A DNA stretch of 64,000 bases from Felis catus (Eukaryota). This document shows, one piece after another, positions 12,051 to 23,895 of this stretch. The stretch's first letter is position 1, and the number at the start of each line of letters is the position of its first letter. The translations under genes were made by a program, and so were the position numbers. The notes beneath the pieces are model-generated. The model was not told the origin of the DNA, did no database searches, and saw nothing but the letters and a program-made list of their open reading frames with translations. The DNA lies in assembly GCF_018350175.1 (NCBI RefSeq), contig NC_058368.1, positions 157,048,001 to 157,112,000 on the forward strand. The letters are read 5' to 3'.

Positions 12051-15000
12051 CCCATATCCATTTGGTAATATTCCAGAAGAACATTTTTAAGCCAAATGAG
12101 TGGTAGAGGGAATCTAATGAAACCCTTAACAAAGCCTTCTTTGTTCCTAAAATGTGCAGGTGACAAGAAAGGGGAACTTCACCCAGACTGAGGCTATTTT
12201 GTACTGCTCAAGAGAAGAAACTGTAAACCTTGAAGCTCAAACAGTAGTCTTCATTGTACCTTCCTCCACCCCCAATTTCGAACAACAGAGCCTTAAGGGA
12301 ACAAACAGTACAGCCAGAAAAATCAGTCAGTCAATAAACATTTACTGATGACCTACTATGTGTCAGGCACTCTTCTCAGTGTTGGAGGCATTGTGAAGAA
12401 CAACTTAGATAAAGCACCTGTCCACGGGGAGCTTCCATTCTAGTGATGGAGGGCAGAAAATAAACACAATTAAGATCATTTTAGATAATGACAAATGCTG
12501 GGGAGAAGAAGAAATGGGGTATTATGATAGAAAGTGACCTAGGGGAAGACTTGTCTGAGGAGGGGATACTGGATTTGAGACAAAATCAATGAGAAGGAGG
12601 CAGCCATGAAGTGACTTCAGGGAAGAGCAGTCTAAGCAGAAAGAACAGCAAGCACCAAGGCTCTGAACAATGTCCTAGTTTTGCATGGGTGAGGGATGGA
12701 AAGAAGATGCATGTGGTTGAATGAGAGTAAATGGATGGAAGAGCAGGAGGAGATGAGGTTGGAAAGGGGAACAAGGATTTTATTCTCAGAAAATGGATAA
12801 GCCATTGGAGGGTCTCAGACTTTGAGAAAGACCACTCTAGCTTCCATGTGGAGGATGCACTTTTTGTTCAGATGCAGAAGTAGAGGAGATAATGGCGGCC
12901 AGGACCAAGAAAGGAAGAGACAACTAAGGAAAGAGTGTATATGAAGCCTGGGGACACTTCTGTGTGTCCTTACTGCTGCCACTCTATTAGGTCACATGAG
13001 TAGCATCAAAGTGAGTCCCCTGCTTCTGCTTATTATCTCTTGGAATTCTAGGAATATAGGAGAGTTAAGCTTAACATTGGATTTTGGAGTCACACAGATG
13101 AGTTTCAAAGTTTGACCCTGACACAACTAAGTTGTGTGACCCTTCCTTCTGTCTGATTAATTTTTTTCATTCTGGTATTCTAAATCACTAGTTCATTCTT
13201 CAGCTATTTCCTCCTTCATATTATCCCATCTTTTTCCTTATTTCAACCATTATATTTTCACTTGTTTACTTTTTTAACATTTTCTAGTTTTTTGTTTTCA
13301 TTTTGCTAACATCTTCCCTTCTTTTAATGTTAATTAGCCTTTTAAAAAATGTCTTACTGCATATATCTTAGTGTTTATCTTCTGTAGAAATCTATAATCC
13401 AGTAGGTTATTTGTTGGCTAGTTGGTTTTGGAAGAGACCATGCTCCTCAAATGTCTTGCTATCTTGGCCTGTGAGTTAATTTTCCCCTGGGGGTTTTGGC
13501 CAGACCCAGTTCTCCACTGGAGTCCTGTCAGCTCCAATAAACTCAGGGGGCTGGCATGGATGAGCCCCAGGCCCAGTAAAACCTCCCCATCCTACGAAAT
13601 AACTTGTCCTGTCAGGTTTTCACCTTTGCTCCTCAGAAAGAAGTAGCATTAGGAGACCAGTGACTTTCCCACCCCTGGAGCCTGTGGAGGTAGGAAGGTA
13701 TAAAAGCAAATGCTCAAGGTCTGTTTTTACCCCAAGCTTTTTGTTACTGTTGTTTGAAGTTCTTACAGGTCTTCTGCCTTGCCTGATCTGACTCTTGAGG
13801 ACACTTAAACAAGAATCTGAATTTCACACAACTAGAGCAGTTTACTATCTAGAAGTAGCAAGAGTAGAACTACAACAGTCCTTCTTCCCCATTTTACCCT
13901 CCCACAGCCTTGCTGAATTCTCTCTTGCCCCAGGCCAAAGTGGCCACCTGACTGTGGTTGGGTTGCCCAGGAAACAGGCTCTGAGACAGAGATTGGTGAA
14001 CAGAAGGCTCATTAAGGAGTGCTCTGGGGTCACTTCCAGGAATGGAAGGAAAAAAAGTATTGTGATACAATTCCACAGGGAGCCCTGAAGCTGAGATGGT
14101 CCTTCCAACTTGTTCTGAGATAGAGCAAGTGTGCCAGGCCTTTATAGCCATACATTGACCCATCATTGATTTCAAGCTGCCCCAGGAAATGGGCATGGCC
14201 TTGAGCAAAGTGACTGTCTTCACCAAGGCGGTTCCCAGAGAAGCTCAGCTGAGGGCTGTCAGCCAGCAGCACACCCAACACTTAGGAAAATAAGTCCCAC
14301 CTTCCTGAAAAGGGAGCTGGGGGGCACATCAGGGCACCCCCTGCACCACCCCACACCCTCACCAGTTTAAAATAGCCCCTGCTGCTCAAGGAGGGCAGTT
14401 TTCTAATTTTTCTTTCTAGTCACTCCAAGGTTTTAGGAGGGAGAGAGGATAGAAAACCAGCAGTCATGCTAGCTGAGCATTTTGGTCAAGACCATAGGAC
14501 ACCTAGGAAATTTTACTCCTGAGAAACTGTGTAACTCATTTCTTTCTTCAGAGTCTGGGTCACAGAACCAAGCAAAGTGAATTCAGTGAAGAAAAAGACA
14601 CAACAAAGTAGCTTGTCCTTCAAGAGGCTTATCAGTGAAGGGAAAGAGTAATATACTAATGCCAATAGGGGCTATCAGGATTTTACATGCTACTTTACCC
14701 TAATTCTTAAGAGCTCTAGCCTATTTCTTTTTTTCTCATTTATTGTGTTTACTTTTTCACTGAACTTCTGACTCTTTCATGAATCTCTGCCTTTGAACTA
14801 TCATTTCTTCCAAGTTAGTAGGCAGCACTCTCCTCAATGTAGAATTCTCAAGTATTAAATGTATGTGGATCCAAGTTGGCTTGTTAGAATAGTGGGTAAA
14901 ATATAAAATGATTCCTGCTTAGAAACATGAAAAATGCATAATGTAAGACCAAGGCAGAAGTCAGATCTTGTGAGATGAGAGACAAACCAGGAATCCAACC

Positions 15001-16158
15001 AGGCCAATTCCTTTAAGGTCCTCCCAAACCTCTCACAGGGGAGATGGTACAGAAGTTAAGTGAAGAGACAAGTTCTGGTTCTGGCTCCTCCAACTCATTC
15101 TTGTAACATCCCTGGTGTTGTTTCCTGTTCCTGACTAGGGGTCATTCTTTTCTTCCTGTGATTCCAAACACCCAGAGAAGGCAGCTAGAAGACAGATTGA
15201 ACACCCAGGAGCGTACCATCGCTTTCCTCCTTGAACAAGCCTTCCGCATCAAGGAGGAAATCTCTGCTTGTCTTCAAGGGGCCCATGGCTTTCAAAAAGA
15301 GGAGTTGCTTGCCAGGAAGCTACTGGAAAGCCACATCCAGACCATCACGAGCATTGTCAAAAAACTGAGCCAAAATATTGAGGTAATTCTTCATTTCCCA
15401 TACGTTGGCATCATTGCTTGACAATGATGATCAACCACCAATATCATTTTCAACTACAGAAATGACTCACTAGAGCTTAAGTTTAAATGACTACAACATG
15501 TAGCCCCAGAGGAAAACAGTTCAACTTTTCAACTGCTCATGTATGCTAAAAAGTAGAAGGAAATTCTATTCAAAAAGCATTTAATATCTATTTTGTGACA
15601 GCAGAGAGAATTGTTTAACAGTATGTCAGACATTGTGCTAAGGTGATTATTTTAATCTCAATTTCTGAGATTCTTTTTGTGTAATTGTTTCAAATAGAGC
15701 TTTTCATGATGCACTGGCAATGACGGTTCACAGGCCCATCACAGTCTGACCCAAGCCATCTCTCTCCCCATCTCCCACCCCCTCACTTCTTTCATTGTGA
15801 CCACACTGACTCCCAGCTCTTCCTAGAACACACCAAGCATGTTCTGGCTTCAGGGCCTTGGCACTTAATATTCACTCTGGCTGAATCATCTTCCCCTAGA
15901 CATTCCTGTGAAATGTTCTCCATTGCCTTGAAGTCTGTGCTCAGTTATCACCCTATCAGAGAGGAGTTCCTCAGCATTCTGTAAAAAAGCACCCTTCCCT
16001 ACCCAGCAGTCACAATCTTCGTTAAATCTTACATTATAGATATTCATAGCATGTAGCCATGTGATAAGCAAACTCATAGTCTATATTTGTTAATTGCTTG
16101 TTTTCCCCTTCTAATATATGAATATATATATACATGTGTGTGTATACCTATATATGTA

Positions 16159-16189
<31 letters not shown>

Positions 16190-19100
16190 TCTAATATATA
16201 ATGGTGAAGATTCTGTTTTCTTCATTATTAAATAACACAACAGATGACAACAGCACATGGTAGGTAGTCAGCACTCTACATATTTCCCGAATGAATGATG
16301 TTTAAGATGTTAAAGGGAAAATAGAATTTCTGATCACAAAAGAAAATATCTACCTTGGTTAAACCAAAATAAACGGATTTTCACTACAAGTCTTTCAGCA
16401 TTTTTAAGGTGCCAATAGGCATGATGAATCTGGGGTAGAAACTTTCAAGCAAGAGTCTCAGAGAATATACTTTGGGAAACTGACTAAAAATTTGCAGAAT
16501 TATCATTAAAATTCCCACAACAAATGTCCTCTTTTACTGTCAGAGAATATAATATAGTGGATCTGACAAACGGACAAACAAAACGCATGCAATTAACTCA
16601 GCAAAGACTTCCTTAGGACTTTGTTTATAAAGCTAAGGATATTTAGTAATTTATTTTCCATCTGTAGGGTCTGGCAAACCCTAGGATGCATTAGAGGGAG
16701 TATAGAAGTTAAAAAAAAAAATCTTAGTGAACTTTTAAAAGGTACTTCATTGGTATTTAGCACATACTGAATTGACCCCAGTGCCTAAAAGTCAGTACCA
16801 CTTCTCAAAGTGGTCAAAGGTGTTTCCAGCATAACAGTGGTAAGAAAATGATGAGGTTAGCGGCTCAGCACCTTTGACATGATGACCAAACCAAGTATAG
16901 CACTCGCACTAAACAAGATACCATTTGAAAGTCAAAACTTGCTGGTAATTGAAAAGAGAGTAGCATTCTCAGAAATGAGAAATGGTTGTTACATGTTGAT
17001 TATATTTGTCAAAATCCATTCAGATATATACTTTGATTGGTACCTTTTAATACTATTAATTATACCTCAGTAAAATAATCTTAATTTTAAGAGGGAAATT
17101 ATTTCCAGAAGTCTAGAAATCTGTTTTTTTAATTTTTTTTTAACATTTATTCATTTTTGAGACAGAGAGAGGAGAGAGAGAGAGAGAAAGAGAGAGCTGC
17201 CAGCACAAAGCCTGATGGGGCTCAAACTCACTGAGGGCAAGATCATGACCCGAGCTGAAGTTGGATGCTTAACTGACTGAGCCACCCAGGCACCCCATTA
17301 GAAATCTTGTTAAGGGCTTCTTTTCCTATAATAATTGGTTGTCTTAGATTAGCTCTGAAAAAAAGACAAAATATTTTCCCAAAACTATAAAATCTCAAAA
17401 TATATGCCATCCTGTTAAGGGGATGAGGTGGACTGGTCTATGAGGAAAATGAATTAGAAAATATTTTAAAATCTGTAGACAACATAGTTAAACATCATAA
17501 AGAAGAAACTATTAAGCTACCTTTAGTAAATAACTAATACTATAACGTGCTCTTTATAGTGAAAGAGGTGCTATTCAAGTATTTTTTAAAAGCCTAAACT
17601 CAACGAGGTCAGTCCATTGCAAACTGACCGGCAAGACAGGTTCAAGTGTGAGCTGAAGCTTGACTTGGGCCTATGAAAGGAATTAAAAAAAAAAAATGTT
17701 TTTAATCAACCATAATTGCAGCAGTTGCTTGTTCCTTTTTATATTCAAACTATTTGTTTTTCAAGCTGGCAGCTAATTACAAATTTTAAAATTAATTTAT
17801 ATTAAACTCAAGGAAAGAGAATTTTATGTATCACATTTATTTTGTTTATTTATTTTGTTTCTTTTTCCCACCAACTTGTAAGAGCAATACTTGTTCATTG
17901 TAATTATTTTGAAAGCTTAAGAAAAAAATGTTTAAACCTGGGGGAAAAAATTCTCAATTCCACTACCAAATGTCAATTTCTACAAACACCCAGATTCATT
18001 ACCTTCAAGTCCTTCCACATATTCCATTAGGAGGCTGGGACTACATTTGTAAGCATAATCTTTAATATAAAATTATATCATACACTCTCATGTCATTAAA
18101 GGTTCTTTGTACAGTGCACACACCATGATTTGCTAAGTCATTCTGTTAATATTAAAATACCCTTGCTCATAAGTATAGGTCTGTATTTGGATTATTTTCC
18201 ATAGTATAAATTCTTAGAAGTAGAACTCCAGGGTGTGGACACTGTAAAGGCTCTTGATACATGTTGCCAAATTGGTTTCCGGAAAGTTTATACTTATACT
18301 TCCATTAGCATTACACAAGAGTGCTTTTTCATGGGCCTACACCAGCATTGAGATGTATTGTTTTAACTTCACTAATTTAATGGGATAGAGATGAGATCTT
18401 TCTCTCGTTTTCACTTTTTAATTTTTTTTTTTTAACGTTTATTTATTTTTGAGACAGAGAGAGACAGAACATGAACGGGGGAGGGTCAGAGAGAGGGAGA
18501 CACAATCTGAAACAGGCTCCAGGCTCTGAGCTGTCAGCACAGAGCCCGACGCGGGGCTCGAACTCACGGACCGTGAGATCATGACCTGAGCCGAAGTCGG
18601 CCGCTTAACTGACTGAGCCACCCAGGCGCCCCTCGTTTTCACTTTTTAAAAGTGACTATAACGCTTTTCATTTTCTCTCTCCATCATCTATTAATGTCGT
18701 TTGCCAATTTATCTTTTGGAGTTTTAGTGCTTTTTAATTCTTATTGATTTGATGAGCTTTTTTATTAATTGAGGATAATAGCTGCTGGTAGCTTGGCAAA
18801 TGGTTAGCGACCAGTAAGCAAATATTTTCTGGAGAATAAAAACTTGGTTGGAGTGTTCGCCTATTTCCATGGTGTTAATAGTCTCACTGTGATTGATTTC
18901 AAACATCAAAACACCAAACACAAAGATGGGAAAAGATACGCACAACTGGCTTTCGCCAACAAATGCATGCTGATTGCAGCACTAGGCTGAAATCTGTGGC
19001 AGTAACATTTGTTATAAATGTTTTTTCAGTTCATTGTTTATATCTCAGTTATATTTACAAGGTTTCTGTCAAGTTTTATATAAGGTTGTTAAACTTTCCA

Positions 19101-22100
19101 TTATTTTGCTCTCGTTACGCATTCCAATATTTTGCTCTGTGATTCCTCTCATTATTTTTAAGAATAGAAATGTCTTCATTTAGAATTGAAATAATCACCT
19201 TTATTATCTGTTATTTTTATGGCTTAACTATTTATATTTTTAAACTACTTTTCTAAAATCTATACTGATGTGTGTCATGAGGTAAGGATCTAAACTGATT
19301 GTTTTCTGAATAAACAACCAGAGATCCCAACACCATTCGTGAAATTCCTCCCCCACTAATTTGTGAGCCTCAAGTATAGTACATTCCTTTTTTAAAAAAT
19401 ATTTTAATGCTTATTTATTTTTGAAAGAGAGAGACAGAGTGTGAGGGAGGGAGGGGCAGAGAGAGAGGGAGACACAGAATCCGAAGTAGGCTCCAGGCTC
19501 TGAGCTGTCAGCGCAAAGACCTATGCAGGCCTCAAACTCATAAACAGAGAGATAATGACCTGAGCCAAAGTTGGACACTCAACCAATTGAGCCACACAGA
19601 CGCCCCAGCACATTTCTTTCTTATGCTTACTGAGGTCTTCATTACATTACATTGATTTATTTACATATGCCTACCTATTTTGCTACACTTTTATTTATTA
19701 TCATCTCATATGTTTTAGTGTTTAGTAGGGCAAATTCCTTTTCATCACTATACTTTACCAAAGCAAAGCAAAGTAACATCTTTTGCTATGGTCTGAATAT
19801 TGGGTCTCTCCCCGCTCCTCCAAAATTCATATGTTGAAATCTAATGTCCCATGTGATGGTGTTAGGAGGTGGGGTCTCGTGATTAGGACCAGTGCCCTCC
19901 CACAAGATACCCGTGACTCCTACCACCACCTGAGGACGCAGTAGGGAGTAGACAGTCTGCAGCCCAGCAGAGGGCTCTCACCAGAACTGGACCAAGCGGG
20001 CACCCTGACCTTGGACTTCCAGCCTACAGAACTGTGAGAAACATATGTCTGTTGTTGATTAGCTACCCAGTCTGTGGTATTTTGTTAGAGCAACGTGAAT
20101 GGACTGAGACACTTAGAGTCAGGCAAAAACAAATGAAAACAAAAAAACTCCAGCTAGCATTCTTGACACTTCTAAGTTTTCAATTAAAGGTTTTTTTGTT
20201 TGTTTTTGTTCTTGGGTTGTTTCAATCTGCCAGTTTACAAATGAGAAAGATCCTGTATATGGTATTTAAAATTTCTATGATTCATTTGCTACAAAAATCC
20301 TTCTTTCCTCAAAAAATTGATAAACATAAATTTAGACATAGTTCAGGCCTTGATCAAATATAGTAACTAAACTTTAATGCTTCCCCAAATCCTGAACTTG
20401 TCATATACTCTCACTTATTTTACAAATAAATATTTTTTTTTTAAATATATGTCTTCACTTTACTTTGGAGTTTGCTTGAGTGTCAACTAAGATAGAAATT
20501 TTTGCTATGGACAAGCAGATTTTTTTTTTTTTTTTAGTTTTAAATTAATGCTTACATGTTAAGTGTGAAAAAATTTTAAGCCACTGTTCTTGAGACCACC
20601 AACCTGGTAGTATAAGATAGTCAGCTCTATTTCAGAATACCAAGACCTACCTAAGACATGACTAAGAATACCCAAGGACAAAATCTGAATATACTTCAAG
20701 CCATAAATCTCTCATGTTCTCTAAAAATCTAGAATAAACCTTCTTCACTCCTTTCGAGTAGAACAGTTTGATTCACATTTACTCATGTTAGTTGTATTAC
20801 CTTCACTGTGGTTCTGATTCAATCTGCAAAGGGCCTTGCCTGATGCCGTAGTAAAGATCCCTTTCTAAACTCTGCCACCAATTCTGAAATAGGTTTTCGT
20901 GAAAAGCTTTTGTATCAATGATGGCCAAATGGCAACTCGTGGCCATAACAGCACAATAAGTATATTTTATTTGGCCCGTAGTGTGTTTATGTAAGATTTT
21001 GACTAAGATGTCAATATTTAAAAATTGAAAGATTTAACATAAAATCTAGATTTCTGGCTTGTGTTGAAATACTGTTGAGCCATCATTCCTACCTGGCAAT
21101 AATCAGCTGGAATCAGGCCATCACTACCTTCCTCAGATAAAGTAGGGACTGCCTCTCTCTGACATAGGACTCTCTCACTCATTTACACTGTCAGCCTAAT
21201 TAGGAAAGGCTTTTGATTTTGCAACCTCTGCTTTAAATTATACTTTCTTATCATGTGGGGTAGGAAATTAATGGGAATTTTACTTAAAATTACAGATTTT
21301 AGAACACCAAATAAGAGCGCGAGACCAGGCGGCCACAGGAACTAATTTTGCAGTACAGGAGCTAAACACCAGACACCTTCAAGGAGTTGGAGATCTTCGA
21401 GGAAGAGTAGCCAGGTGAGAAGAAGCATATCAATGAATGGCAGTCAGTTCTTGCCCATTGAATTCTCATTCCCAACTAAGTTCTTTATTGTAAAAAAGTA
21501 GATATTGTCTTTACGCTAAACTGATGAGGTGGAGGTTGAGAAAGTCTATGATACACCTTGAAAGCTTCATGCTACCTTGAGAATCAAGGGTTCTCTAAAA
21601 GGCCCCTTTTACAGAATGTCCAGTTTGGTTCCGTCTGCTAGTGACGAGAATCATATTATATTTGCAGCCCTCAACTGTCTAAATGCCAATATCTATACAA
21701 AGACACACCCTCAAGAACACCTACAAATACTTAAAATACTTGAATTTAATTTAAAAATTTAATTTAATAATTAATTAAAATATTTAAAATATATAAGAAT
21801 TACATATAAAAGTCTAACAAAAGGAATTTACTTCCAAATCGATACAATTTTGAAAAATATGGTTCATATGATATTTCTAAATCAAAAGAATTAATGCTAT
21901 ACAGTTTAACAAAAACCTGTGGGTATTGACAATGGCAGGACCACTCTAGTAGACATATCAAAGATCACCTGTGAATGGCTGACTGTAGTCACCTTTGCAA
22001 CTCAGCATCTTCTGCCAGCACATCTTTACTCTCTCCTGGAATACTCAATCTATATCTTGTTAATCTGCTCTGCAATGTTAATGACCAAATAACAATTAGG

Positions 22101-22912
22101 TGATTAACACCTAAGACGAACTCCTTTTAGAGCATCTATCCATTCAATTCAACAACAACAAAAAGGTATTAAGCTTCATGCCACATAAGCACATGCCAGG
22201 CAGTGTACTGGGATTTGGGGATTCAGCAACATGGTCCACTTCCAATTCCTCATGACCCCAGATTTGTGGTCTACCTGGGAAAACAAGCTCCAAATGTAAG
22301 TGATTAGATAAACAATGTAATGAAAGCTTGAGGTGCTATGGGAATATCCAAATCAGACTGAGGCATAGGGAAGTCTTCCTGGAGGAGGTGACACTGAAAT
22401 TAGTTTTGAAGGATCCATAGCAGATATCTAGACAAGGAAGGACAACAGGAAATGCACTTTACATAGGAGGGATAATAAGTGCAAACGAACTGAGGGATGA
22501 ATTACTGAGACATGTTCAAAGGGCTACCTGTAAGAAGAGTGTTTTAGTTTTGGTATTTGGGGGTTTGCTTTTAGGGAGAGATGGGAGATTGGGAGATGAA
22601 GCTTACAAGTGGTCCAAATTGGATGCTGAGAGATCTTGTGGGTCAAGGTAAGAAGTTTGAACTTTATATAGAAAGTTGTAAGTAAGCATGGGAAGATTGA
22701 TTATAAGTAAGAGGGATGACATATTTAGGAACATTCTAGTTAGTATTAGCTAAGTTGGTGGGGTACAGAAAGGAAAAATGAAAATGGAAGGAAGCCTACT
22801 GTAGCAGTCAAGGTGGGAAATGTCAAGGGCCTAAACTAACACACTAGCCATGAAAGTCCAGACCAGGTAGCAAACATTAGGAAAACAGAATCTTCAGGAA
22901 TAGTACCTATGT

Positions 22913-22951
<39 letters not shown>

Positions 22952-23856
22952 TAGATATGTAACTATGCTATGTATAAATACATGTTTAGTCATCTAAAAT
23001 ACACAAAATTATATATTTCCTTGTATAATATCTGATACACACAAAAGAAAGTTTATAGTATTTGGGTAAGTTTGAAGCAAGGTAATAAAACAAACACGAA
23101 CAGACCCACCATCCTATTTAGATGTGCCATGATTTCTCAAAGACAAATACCAAACATCTGTCTTGAATAAAACTTGGAATTTGGTTCCACTTGGTGGTGT
23201 GCTGATGACACGTGAACTATTTATTTTTTCTGCAAACCATTACAAACCCAGTATTCTATTTTTCTAAATCCTGCCTTACATATAAGACACAATAACAGAT
23301 TTCAATGAAACCAAGATATGAAAGGAATAATATCTAGAACAAGATAGATCAGCTTCAATTTCTTTTTTTCTTTTTTGTTTCCTTTTTTAAAAATAAAAAT
23401 TGTTTCTGTTTAAAGTCTACAACCGATTTGATGTATACAAGCATAGTAAAATGATTACTACAGTCAAGCTAATTAACATATCTTCTCACATGGTTACCAT
23501 TTTATGTGTGTGATAAGAGCAACTTAAATCTACTTTCTTAGCATATTTCCATTCTTCAGTACATTATTAACTATGGTCATCACACTGTATATTAGGTCTC
23601 TAGGCATATTCTTCCCATTTAACTGCGACTTTGTACTCTTTGACCAACATTTCCCCATCTCCCCTACCTCTGCACCCTGGGTAACCACCATTCTACTCTC
23701 TGCTTCTGCGTATTTGACTTTTTCAGGTTCCATATGAGATCATGCAGGGTTTTTTTTCTGTGTCTACCTTAATTAACTTAGCATAATGTCCTCCAATTTT
23801 ATCTGTGTATTCACAAATGGCAATATCTCTTTTTTTGAGTCTGGATAATACTCGGA

Positions 23857-23895
<39 letters not shown>

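Larger units (their letters stand above)
17900..19380 (-). mobile_element. Old L1 (L1M-type) fragments interrupted by a SINE and a DNA transposon
   Basis: ttgatacatgttgccaaattg..., cccaacaccatt... degenerate L1 3' motifs. Confidence 0.5.
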
